Positions 35,508 to 43,041 of a stretch of 43,041 nucleotides of DNA are shown piece after piece. A program made the translations under genes and the position numbers. How positions within the stretch are numbered: position 1 is the first letter of the stretch; every line of letters begins with the position of its first letter. This DNA is from a phage, in the NCBI GenBank assembly GCA_026180655.1, contig GCA_026180655.1_4341.1; one strand, 5' to 3'. The notes below the pieces were generated by a model. It worked only from the letters and a program-made list of their open reading frames with translations. It had not been told where the DNA came from and did not search any database.

Positions 35508-37781
35508 ATGAGCTACTTATACCTTGACTTTGAAACATTCTCTGAGGCCGATTTAAATAAAGTCGGGTCCTACGCTTACGCCGAACACCCGACTACCGAA
35601 GTGCTTATCTGTACCTATGCTTTTGATGACGAGCCTGTGCAGGTGTGGGATTGCACCGACGGCAGCGACATGCCGGGCGATTTGCACCGAGCGCTACGCC
35701 GCCTGGTTAAGCCAAATAGCCGTATCAAGATGGTGTGGCACAATGGCTCAATGTTCGATAGGCTCATCATGAAGCACTGCTGGGGCTTTGACATCCCTGT
35801 AAGTAACACCATTGATACGATGATTTGGGCGTTTCGTCACGCGTTGCCGGGTTCACTCGAGGCATTGTGCGAAGTGTTGGGCGTGTCCGCGGACAATGCG
35901 AAAGACAAACGCGGCAAGGCGCTGATTAAGCGTTTCTCTAAACCTACGCCGAAGAACTACAAAATCCGCCGCTATACCTCCGAAACGCACCCGGATGAGT
36001 GGGCGCTGTTCATCAAATACGCTGTGAGCGACATCACTGCGATGCGAGAAGTATTCCATAAGCTGCCGCGGTGGGGTAACTCGGAGTTCGAGGACCGCGT
36101 ACTGGAACTGGACCAATTAATCAATGACCGAGGCTTCTTTGTTGATACGGCTCTTGCTGAGGCGGCGGTAGCAGCAGTTGAACGCCACAAGCAAGAGCTA
36201 AAAAACGAGGCCCGCGCGAAATTCGGGGGAAAACTAACCGGCAAAGATTTCCTGCCAATCCTTCGGGAACTGGCACCGGCCTACAATATTTATAATGCGC
36301 AGAAAGCAACGCTCGAAAGTTTGTTAGAGGACGACGACTTGCCCGACGATGCGCGTACAATCATTGAGATGCGCCTCGGCGCGGCCTCCACGGCGTCAAC
36401 AAAATATAAACCGCTCCTGCTAGGACGGTCCAAAGACGGACGACGTCGTGGCTGCATCCAGTATGGCGGCGCGAAGCGCACTTTACGATTTGCGGGTAAA
36501 GGGTTTCAGCCACAGAACCTGTCGCGCGGGTATTACCACGATGACCCGACTAACGAGGAAAAGAAACTTGTACGCCAGCCGTGGGAGTCCGACGAAGACT
36601 GGAACCGCAGGCTTAACCCGCTATCGTTTGGTATCAATTTGCTTTTAAAGGGTCGGGCGCATCGTCGTTTCGATGTATCTAAACTAACGGCCTCGACCGT
36701 CCGCAGTTGCATCATCCCGGAAAAAGGCAATAAGTTGCTCGTTGCCGACTACTCAAACGTGGAAGGACGTGGGTTAGCCTGGACGGCGGGGGAGACGTCA
36801 GCCCTTGAGACGTTCCGCGCGGGGGTTGATATCTATTGTGCCACAGCTGGTAAGATGTTTGGCATGGACCCCATAGAACTGAAAGCCACCCGTAAAGACC
36901 TACGACAGGTCGGGAAATGTTGCGAGCTTGGCCTCGGCTACGAGGGGGGCGTAGGGGCTTTTATGACTATGGCTAAAACTTACGGGCTGGACCTCTTTAA
37001 AATGACGGAGACAATGCGAGGGACCTTTCCCGACCACATATGGGCCGCCACTGCCCGAGGTTATGAATGGGCGCGGATTCAGGAGGCTAAGCGACCCCCA
37101 AAACCAGGTAAAAAGGACGAACGGGCCTCTTACGTGTTGCCTAAGGAAGTGTGGCGCACCTGCGATGCTATCAAGCGCATGTGGCGGGAAGCCCACCCAG
37201 AAACAGTGAAATTCTGGAACGACCTTAAGGATTCGGTGATCGCCGCAATCAGAAATCCGGGACGAGAGTTTTGGGCGGGGGCCAGAGTCCGCCTTAACGG
37301 CGACAGAGCTATTCGCATCTGGCGTACTAAAGAGAAAGACAGACAGGGTAACTTTGTGCCTGGTTGGTGGTTGTGCGTGGAGCTGCCGTCGGGGCGCATC
37401 ATGTCCTACCCTGGTATAGGCTTAAGCGTCACTAAAGAGACTGACGAGGATGGGCGCGTAACAACTAACGTTCGCATTAAGTACCAGGGCGAAAATCAGA
37501 CCACCCGCCAGTGGACAACTTTGTATACCCACGGCGGAAAATTGTGTGAAAACATCATCCAGGCATTGTGCCGTGATTTACTGGTTAACGGACTCCTGAC
37601 GGTGGAAGCGGCGGGCTACCCAATTGTACTTCATGTGCATGACGAATGTGTCGCCGAAACACCAGACACACCGGAGTACACGGTTAAAGAGATGGGCGAC
37701 CTGCTATGCTCATTACCTGAATGGGCTGAAGGATTCCCACTAACATGGGCCGGGGAAGAGGTGTACCGTTATGTTAAGTAA
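35508..37781 (+). CDS. DNA polymerase, family A, with 3'-5' exonuclease domain
   Basis: ATG 35508 after AAGGAAAAAG RBS; exo motifs DFETFS, WHNGSMFD, YAVSD; pol motif A DYSNVEGR, motif B RKDLRQVGKCCELGLGYEGG, motif C HVHDE. Confidence 0.85.
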   Translation: MSYLYLDFETFSEADLNKVGSYAYAEHPTTEVLICTYAFDDEPVQVWDCTDGSDMPGDLHRALRRLVKPNSRIKMVWHNGSMFDRLIMKHCWGFDIPVSNTIDTMIWAFRHALPGSLEALCEVLGVSADNAKDKRGKALIKRFSKPTPKNYKIRRYTSETHPDEWALFIKYAVSDITAMREVFHKLPRWGNSEFEDRVLELDQLINDRGFFVDTALAEAAVAAVERHKQELKNEARAKFGGKLTGKDFLPILRELAPAYNIYNAQKATLESLLEDDDLPDDARTIIEMRLGAASTASTKYKPLLLGRSKDGRRRGCIQYGGAKRTLRFAGKGFQPQNLSRGYYHDDPTNEEKKLVRQPWESDEDWNRRLNPLSFGINLLLKGRAHRRFDVSKLTASTVRSCIIPEKGNKLLVADYSNVEGRGLAWTAGETSALETFRAGVDIYCATAGKMFGMDPIELKATRKDLRQVGKCCELGLGYEGGVGAFMTMAKTYGLDLFKMTETMRGTFPDHIWAATARGYEWARIQEAKRPPKPGKKDERASYVLPKEVWRTCDAIKRMWREAHPETVKFWNDLKDSVIAAIRNPGREFWAGARVRLNGDRAIRIWRTKEKDRQGNFVPGWWLCVELPSGRIMSYPGIGLSVTKETDEDGRVTTNVRIKYQGENQTTRQWTTLYTHGGKLCENIIQALCRDLLVNGLLTVEAAGYPIVLHVHDECVAETPDTPEYTVKEMGDLLCSLPEWAEGFPLTWAGEEVYRYVK

Positions 37782-37905
37782 ACCGATTGTTACGGCACTG
37801 GCGGGATTCGCAACCGGTGTCTACTGTCACGGGGGACAGTACGGCATGATGGTCGCCGTATTGTGTATGTTAGTCGCAATTTATCTGTGGGTGCTGGAAT
37901 GAAAA
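37771..37905 (+). CDS. Small hydrophobic peptide (44 aa)
   Basis: ATG 37771 overlapping polymerase 3' end; two hydrophobic segments; below ORF-track cutoff. Confidence 0.2.
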
Positions 37906-37984
37906 TTTACTGGTTCTATGAAGAAGACTGCCGAATCTGTCCGCGCTGCGGAATTGAGCATACGAAACGTGAGGGGTGTGTATT

Positions 37985-38176
37985 ATGAAAGAAGAATGTT
38001 TCAGCAACACCAAAGCATTAGTAGATATGCCTGAGTGGGAGTTCATCACGGTAATGGGAGATGGGTTCTTTAGTGATGCCTGCGCGGGGTGCACGCATAA
38101 AGGCGTTTACTATTCAGAACACGACATCTATCAAGCGTACTTCCTGCGCAACCCGGATGCGGAGCCTTTGCTGTGA
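37985..38176 (+). CDS. Hypothetical protein
   Basis: 63-aa ORF, MKEECFSNTKALVDMPEWEF... Confidence 0.3.
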   Translation: MKEECFSNTKALVDMPEWEFITVMGDGFFSDACAGCTHKGVYYSEHDIYQAYFLRNPDAEPLL

Positions 38177-38457
38177 CCCCGGAAGGCAAGATTCAGAAAT
38201 ACGCAAAAGACCGATTCGAGGCCATTGGTGGCCTCGTTCGTAAACTTTCCTACGAAGGACGTTCCGGTGCTCCTGACCTGCTGGTAATTCTCCCCGGCGG
38301 CATCGTCTGGTTTGTCGAGGTGAAGAAAGACGAAAACACGAAGCCAGACCCACACCAGCTACGTGAGCATGAGCGTATGCGCAAACGTGGCGCGAATGTT
38401 TTTGTCGTCGGGTCGTTCAAACAGGTTGACGATCTAATAGCGAACTATTATAGTTAG
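38173..38457 (+). CDS. VRR-NUC domain nuclease
   Basis: GTG start overlapping upstream stop; GAPDLLVILPGGIVWFVEVKKDENTKPDPHQ matches the VRR-NUC PD-(D/E)XK core. Confidence 0.55.
   Translation: MTPEGKIQKYAKDRFEAIGGLVRKLSYEGRSGAPDLLVILPGGIVWFVEVKKDENTKPDPHQLREHERMRKRGANVFVVGSFKQVDDLIANYYS
38426..38454 (+). promoter_or_regulatory. Sigma70-type promoter, class B (TTGACG-N17-TATAGT) with operator palindrome
   Basis: TTGACG 38426-38431, TATAGT 38449-38454, palindrome AATAG-CGAA-CTATT 38436-38449; lies within 3' end of VRR-NUC gene. Confidence 0.5.
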
Positions 38458-38487
38458 TACTACACCAACAATATAAGGAATTGAGAG

Positions 38488-38679
38488 ATGAAACACGAAT
38501 ATAGCCGCAAACCAGCGCGTGACATTGTACCAGGGGACATGATTTTCAACGTTAGGACACGTCGTCCTGTTGCCGTTGACATGGTATTCGTCGAGTCGAA
38601 CGGTAAACTGGTTATCGAAGATGTAACAGGTAACGTTACGGCGTTCGGACGTAAAGAGTTAGTTCTGGTGGCAAAATGA
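38488..38679 (+). CDS. Hypothetical protein
   Basis: 63-aa ORF with GAGAG RBS, ATGA-coupled to the methyltransferase ORF. Confidence 0.3.
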   Translation: MKHEYSRKPARDIVPGDMIFNVRTRRPVAVDMVFVESNGKLVIEDVTGNVTAFGRKELVLVAK

Positions 38680-39620
38680 ACTATTACAACGAATGGGATA
38701 AAGGTGCAGCCGCATGGCTGCGTGAATTAATAAAACAGGGTCACATACCTTTTGGAGTTGTAGATGAAAGAAGCATTACCGAAATTAGACCAGAAGACCT
38801 TGACGGGTTCACCCAGTGTCATTTTTTCGCTGGTATCGGAGGCTGGCCTCTCGCGCTCAGACTTGCGGGAGTTTCGGAAGATACGCCTCTCTGGACGGGA
38901 AGCCCGCCTTGCCAACCGTTTAGCTCGGCAGGAAAGCAACTCGGACAGTTCGACCAGAGACACCTCGCGCCCGTATTCCTTGACCTCATCAGCGAGTGCG
39001 GCCCTCCAGTCCTCTTTGGGGAACAGGTTGCGCCAGCAATTGCAAAATCGTGGATGTGCGATTTACAAGCTCATCTGGAAGGAGAAGACTACGCCGTCGG
39101 GTTTGCCGTACTCCCAGCTTGTAGCATCGGCGCACCGCACAAACGTGACAGACTTTTCTTCGGCGCGTACAACCTGGCCGAGTCCTTGCGCGCAGAACGG
39201 GGCGGTGAACGGGTACACGGATTGGGAGAAGGTGATAAAACGCAAGGAAGCAGGACGGCAACAGAATCTACAGGACGTGGTGATTCTGGCGGCTTGGGCA
39301 ACACCGACAGCGAACGATTACAAAGGGAGCGGAGAGACAGTGATTCGCAAGGACGGGAAGGACAGGACATTCGACAGGTTGGACTACTCGACGGAGCAGG
39401 GGCTGAAAATAACACAACCAATCCGCATCACGGCTTCTGGTCAGATGCTGACTGGCTCGGATGCCGGGATGGGAAATTCAGGCCAGTTGAACCCGGCACA
39501 TTCCCGCTGGCTAATGGGATACCCGCAAGAGTGGGACGATTGCGCGGTTACGGCAATGCCATCGTCCCGCAAGTAGCCGCGGAATTTATAAAGGCGTTCA
39601 TGGGGGTGGTGAATGAGTAA
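38676..39620 (+). CDS. DNA (cytosine-5)-methyltransferase; conserved motifs split between two reading frames
   Basis: Frame of 38676: FFAGIGG (motif I), GSPPCQPFS (motif IV), GAPHKRDRLFFGAY (motif VIII), RGYGNAIVPQVAAEFIKAF (motif X); +1 frame (38764..39576) carries WATPTANDYKGSG and NPAHSRWLMGYPQEW. Confidence 0.6.
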   Translation: MNYYNEWDKGAAAWLRELIKQGHIPFGVVDERSITEIRPEDLDGFTQCHFFAGIGGWPLALRLAGVSEDTPLWTGSPPCQPFSSAGKQLGQFDQRHLAPVFLDLISECGPPVLFGEQVAPAIAKSWMCDLQAHLEGEDYAVGFAVLPACSIGAPHKRDRLFFGAYNLAESLRAERGGERVHGLGEGDKTQGSRTATESTGRGDSGGLGNTDSERLQRERRDSDSQGREGQDIRQVGLLDGAGAENNTTNPHHGFWSDADWLGCRDGKFRPVEPGTFPLANGIPARVGRLRGYGNAIVPQVAAEFIKAFMGVVNE

Positions 39621-41037
39621 GTTTCAAAGGCGCGAGTACCAGAAACTCATGACTTCGTTCATGTTGCAACATCATCGATGCAACATATGGGCAAGCATGG
39701 GTGCCGGGAAGACTGGCAGCGTACTGTGGACATTAAACCGACTGTTCCGCAACGGCCAACTTACGGACGACGACCGGGTATTAATCCTCGCCCCGTTGCG
39801 CGTTGCGTCTGGTACGTGGCCAGCAGAACAAGAGAAATGGCAATTCCCATGCCTGAGTGTTGTGGACGCGACGGGTTCGGAGAAACGCCGTATTGCGGCG
39901 CTGGAGTCGGACGCTAACGTTGTGTGCACTAACTACGAGGTAATCGAGTGGCTGATTGACTACTACGGCAAAGACGACTGGCCTTTTACCGTTATTGTTG
40001 CCGATGAAAGCACGAAGCTGAAATCATTCCGCAGCCGTTCGGGCGGCAGTAAGAGGGCGAAGGCGCTTAGCAAAGTGGCGTTAGGTAAGGTAAAGCGTTT
40101 TATAAACCTGACAGGTACTCCATCCCCTAACGGACTCAAAGACCTGTGGGGTCAGAACTGGTTTATTGATGCGGGCGAGCGCCTCGGTTCTTCATATACG
40201 GCGTTCACTGACCGCTGGTTTAACTCGGTACAGAAAGGCAAATCCGCGATGGTGCGTGAGTACCATGCACGCCCGGGCGCAGATACTGAGATTCATCAGA
40301 AGATGAAAGACATTAGTCTCACGATTGACGCCGCCGAGTGGTTCGGTTGTGAAGCGCCGATTATTGTACCGGTTGAAATCGACCTGCCGAAGAAAGCTCG
40401 TCAGGCGTACATCGATATGGAGGAGAAGTTATTCGCCGAACTGGAGAGCGGAGAAGTTGAGGCGGCTAACGCGGCAGCGAAGACGTCGAAGTGTTTGCAG
40501 ATTGCATCCGGTGCTGTATATGTGTCAGGGCCAGACGGCGAAGCAACGAAAGACTGGGAGAAAGTGCACGACACGAAACTGGACGCGCTGGAGTCCATTG
40601 TTGAGGAGTTACAGGGTGCGCCGTTACTGGTCGCCTATCAGTTCAAGCACGAACTGGAACGCATACTGAAACGTTTCCCGCAGGCACAGGCGTTTGCCAA
40701 AGGCGCTAAGGGTAATAAGCAGATGGAAGCGTGGAACCGTGGTGAAATCGAGATTTTGTGCGTCCACCCCGCGTCAGCCGGTCATGGTTTGAATTTACAG
40801 GACGGCGGACACCATCTGGCGTTCATCTCGCAAGGCTGGAACCTTGAGCACTATTTGCAGGTTGTTGAGCGTATAGGTCCAACGCGTCAAAAGCAATCGG
40901 GGTATAATCGCCCTGTTTTTATCTACAAGATTATTGCTAAAGATACGTTAGATGAGGTAGTTGCTGCTCGTACCGACGAGAAAAAGCAAGTACAAGACAT
41001 ATTACTAGAGTACATGAAGCGCAGAGGTAAAAAATGA
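39613..41037 (+). CDS. SNF2-family helicase
   Basis: Walker A GAGKTG, DExx box ADESTKLK, LTGTP motif, C-terminal helicase motifs (HPASAGHGLNLQ). Confidence 0.7.
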   Translation: MSKFQRREYQKLMTSFMLQHHRCNIWASMGAGKTGSVLWTLNRLFRNGQLTDDDRVLILAPLRVASGTWPAEQEKWQFPCLSVVDATGSEKRRIAALESDANVVCTNYEVIEWLIDYYGKDDWPFTVIVADESTKLKSFRSRSGGSKRAKALSKVALGKVKRFINLTGTPSPNGLKDLWGQNWFIDAGERLGSSYTAFTDRWFNSVQKGKSAMVREYHARPGADTEIHQKMKDISLTIDAAEWFGCEAPIIVPVEIDLPKKARQAYIDMEEKLFAELESGEVEAANAAAKTSKCLQIASGAVYVSGPDGEATKDWEKVHDTKLDALESIVEELQGAPLLVAYQFKHELERILKRFPQAQAFAKGAKGNKQMEAWNRGEIEILCVHPASAGHGLNLQDGGHHLAFISQGWNLEHYLQVVERIGPTRQKQSGYNRPVFIYKIIAKDTLDEVVAARTDEKKQVQDILLEYMKRRGKK

Positions 41038-41531
41038 CCTATTGGAATGAGCTTTTTAATTATGACCCCAATACCGGAGTACTATCGTGGAAAAAGTGGC
41101 GTAGGGGTGCAAAAAGAAGTTTAGTAGCGGGTACAAAGGAACGTGATGGGTACGTGCGCGTAAAACATAAAAACAAGCATATCCCTGTTCACAGAATAAT
41201 TTGGGACATGTGCCACCCTAATGACGTTCTGACACCTGGATTTGAGATAGACCATATAAATCACATACGGGATGACAATAGAATACTAAACTTGAGAAAA
41301 GTAGTTAAGATTGATAACAACCGCAACACGACAAGAAACAAGGCTAATACTTCTGGGGTTGTAGGCGTACATTTTAACCGTTCCAGGGGTAAATGGGTCG
41401 CCGTTATCTACGACAATCGTAAGCTAGTTTTCTTGGGGCACTTCTCTGATTTCAAAGACGCTGTTGCCGTCAGGAAAGCAGCGGAAATAAAATATAATTA
41501 CCACGAAAACCACGGATCAGAAAAACCATGA
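41034..41531 (+). CDS. HNH homing endonuclease with AP2-like domain (copy 2)
   Basis: ATGA overlap with SNF2 gene; MTYWNELFNYDPNTGVLSW, HRIIW...DHINHIRDDNRILNL, AP2-like GVVGVHFNRSRGKWVAVI; paralog of 32792..33286. Confidence 0.6.
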   Translation: MTYWNELFNYDPNTGVLSWKKWRRGAKRSLVAGTKERDGYVRVKHKNKHIPVHRIIWDMCHPNDVLTPGFEIDHINHIRDDNRILNLRKVVKIDNNRNTTRNKANTSGVVGVHFNRSRGKWVAVIYDNRKLVFLGHFSDFKDAVAVRKAAEIKYNYHENHGSEKP

Positions 41532-41665
41532 ACATCATAGCCCCGATCCCGGCATTGCAAAAACGTATCAAGGAACTTGAGGAGGAGGTCTTGCGACTAC
41601 GCCAGCAAAGAGACGCCGCTAATGCGCAACTGGCGTTTGTACTGGAGAAGTTATCAGAAGAGTAG
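41528..41665 (+). CDS. Small coiled-coil protein (45 aa)
   Basis: ATG 41528 overlapping upstream stop; KRIKELEEEVLRLRQQRDAANAQL; below ORF-track cutoff. Confidence 0.25.
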   Translation: MNIIAPIPALQKRIKELEEEVLRLRQQRDAANAQLAFVLEKLSEE

Positions 41666-41668
41666 AGA

Positions 41669-41696
41669 AAAGGCCCCGTTTGGGGCCTTAGTTTTA
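41669..41696. terminator. Bidirectional rho-independent terminator between convergent operons
   Basis: AGGCCCC-GTTT-GGGGCCT hairpin with flanking A- and T-runs. Confidence 0.6.
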
Positions 41697-43041
41697 GCTA
41701 GGAATGGCGTTAAACCCGCTATCAGCTATCTGGTATGTGATACTGCCGGTTATCGAACTCGTATCAGTTAAGTCTGTGTTAGTAGCGATAACCGTAGCTG
41801 TTGCTGCCATTCTGCGCAATGGAATAGAGTTGTCAGCAGCTACTACTGAACCAAGTACAAAGGGGCCGTTAACCATACCCGACCAAGACGTAAGAATGCC
41901 GCCAGTTAACGCTGGAATGTTTTTAGGCAGGTTACCGATTGTTACGTTGCCAGTAAGCGCCCCTTTACTCGATAGTGACAGTGTGAAGTTAACCGTAATC
42001 GTGTTGCCATTCTTCGACCATGTACCGGAGCGCGCGGCATATGTAATACCAACGGTACTACCGCCGATTAACAGCATCGGGTTGAACGCCTGGCGTTCAT
42101 ATTCGTACTCCACCACCGGAGTGTCAGCAGTGACGCCAGCGGTAAGAATGGCACGGTTGCCGCCGTTCAGCCACACGACAACTTTACTTGTCGAACCAGG
42201 CGCAATGTGGATGACAGGTATATTCCGTGCAGCGCGAACCTGAGCGGATTTAATCTCTACAAGACTGCCGTTTCCGTATACGTATAAATCCGGGTTGGTG
42301 TACGCCACGCCGTTGTTCGTGAACAGACGGTCAATGATGATGTTGTTATTATCGCCTACCGTAATAAGCGGGCCTGTATACGACTCGCCGCCATTAGCAC
42401 TGCCTGGAGATAAAGGGCTAATCTGAAAGTTATTAAGCGTGATTTTGTTACCAGAATCGAAGGTGATAGCACCGCCTTCGTTCGCGCCGAGGTTAAGGAA
42501 GTATCCAGGACCTTCGGTTGCGCAACTGTTAAGCGTCAGCGCCACACAATTCTTGAAGTAGAACGCACCACGGCGCGGGCGGTCTGAGCAGCAGCTATCG
42601 AAAACCGAATAATTAAGATTTTCTATATGGAACGCACCAAGTACATCAGTATGTCCGCGCGCCCATACGTTATCGTAATGTGTGCTGGTGCCATTTGACT
42701 GCTGAACGGCACCAGAGAAATGACATCGAATCAAGTTTGATAGGTAGACATCGCCAAGTCGCACCCCAAATTTGGTATTAAACACCTGGACGTTTTCAAA
42801 AATGAAACCTCCACCAGTAAGAACCTCTATTCCTACCTCATTTTGTGTTGGACTTGTCCCCTTAAACGCCGCGTCGCGGATGACAACCGCTCTGCCGAAA
42901 ATCTCGTTCGTACCGATAGTTCCTAGCGAATCGGTATTCACGTAAGCAATCGCGTCTGTGGTTACGGTTTGCACGGGATTGTTAGGGTTGGTGATGGTTA
43001 CCTGTGCGTTATTACTCTTAGAGAAATACCCACGGCCCAGC
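41694..43041 (-). CDS. Tailspike/tail fibre protein, beta-helix-like C-terminal part (5' end beyond window)
   Basis: Minus-strand frame open from window end (no stop upstream of the GTG used by the ORF track); repetitive Gly/Asn/Thr/Val-rich beta-strand-like sequence typical of tailspikes; convergent on replication operon. Confidence 0.5.
   Translation of the reverse strand, partial: LGRGYFSKSNNAQVTITNPNNPVQTVTTDAIAYVNTDSLGTIGTNEIFGRAVVIRDAAFKGTSPTQNEVGIEVLTGGGFIFENVQVFNTKFGVRLGDVYLSNLIRCHFSGAVQQSNGTSTHYDNVWARGHTDVLGAFHIENLNYSVFDSCCSDRPRRGAFYFKNCVALTLNSCATEGPGYFLNLGANEGGAITFDSGNKITLNNFQISPLSPGSANGGESYTGPLITVGDNNNIIIDRLFTNNGVAYTNPDLYVYGNGSLVEIKSAQVRAARNIPVIHIAPGSTSKVVVWLNGGNRAILTAGVTADTPVVEYEYERQAFNPMLLIGGSTVGITYAARSGTWSKNGNTITVNFTLSLSSKGALTGNVTIGNLPKNIPALTGGILTSWSGMVNGPFVLGSVVAADNSIPLRRMAATATVIATNTDLTDTSSITGSITYQIADSGFNAIPS

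Noticed and set aside
38764-39576. 270-aa +1 frame ORF overlapping the methyltransferase gene, as an independent gene
   Set aside because: Its N-terminal half is Ser/Arg-rich with no start context, while its middle carries methyltransferase-like segments; interpreted as the shifted frame of the same enzyme rather than a separate gene (see finding)
1-43041. Integrase, excisionase pair or attachment site (temperate lifestyle)
   Set aside because: No tyrosine or serine recombinase-like ORF was seen on either strand; the XRE regulator alone is not evidence of lysogeny
1-43041. tRNA or other structured RNA genes
   Set aside because: No cloverleaf-like candidates noticed by eye in intergenic regions; cannot be excluded without tRNAscan-type software
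1-43041. Simple circular join of window end to window start giving one in-frame tailspike gene
   Set aside because: The two open frames are offset by one nucleotide and the terminal bases do not overlap, so a direct join is not in frame

Overview
The 43-kb window reads as most of the genome of a compact tailed phage (siphovirus-type layout, enterobacterial-looking RBS and terminator style, no integrase seen). No database search was run; all calls come from reading the sequence and the ORF translations, and start codons are approximate. A divergent control region lies at about 28.42-28.91 kb. Leftward (minus strand) from it: small early-type genes, an HslV-like peptidase, a holin/holin/endolysin lysis cassette with terminator, more small genes, terminase small and large subunits, portal, head morphogenesis protein, an Rz/Rz1-like spanin pair, scaffold, major capsid, neck proteins, major tail protein, tail chaperones with a probable -1 frameshift, tape measure, lambda M/L/K/J-like tip proteins, and a tailspike-like gene that runs off the window start. 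Rightward (plus strand): HTH protein, primase/helicase, acidic protein, HNH-AP2 endonuclease, DUF2800 Cas4-like nuclease, DUF2815-like SSB, family-A DNA polymerase, VRR-NUC nuclease, C5 cytosine methyltransferase, SNF2 helicase, a second HNH-AP2 endonuclease, then a convergent tailspike-like C-terminal fragment at the window end. Two plus-strand moron islands sit inside the minus-strand virion module. The most interesting observations are: (1) a C5-methyltransferase whose conserved motifs are split between two open reading frames; (2) an HslV/proteasome-like peptidase next to the lysis genes; (3) an Imm-like membrane protein plus HTH-metallophosphoesterase island; (4) eight copies of an AATAG-N4-CTATT palindrome inside promoter-like elements; (5) a G9 tract joining two small ORFs.
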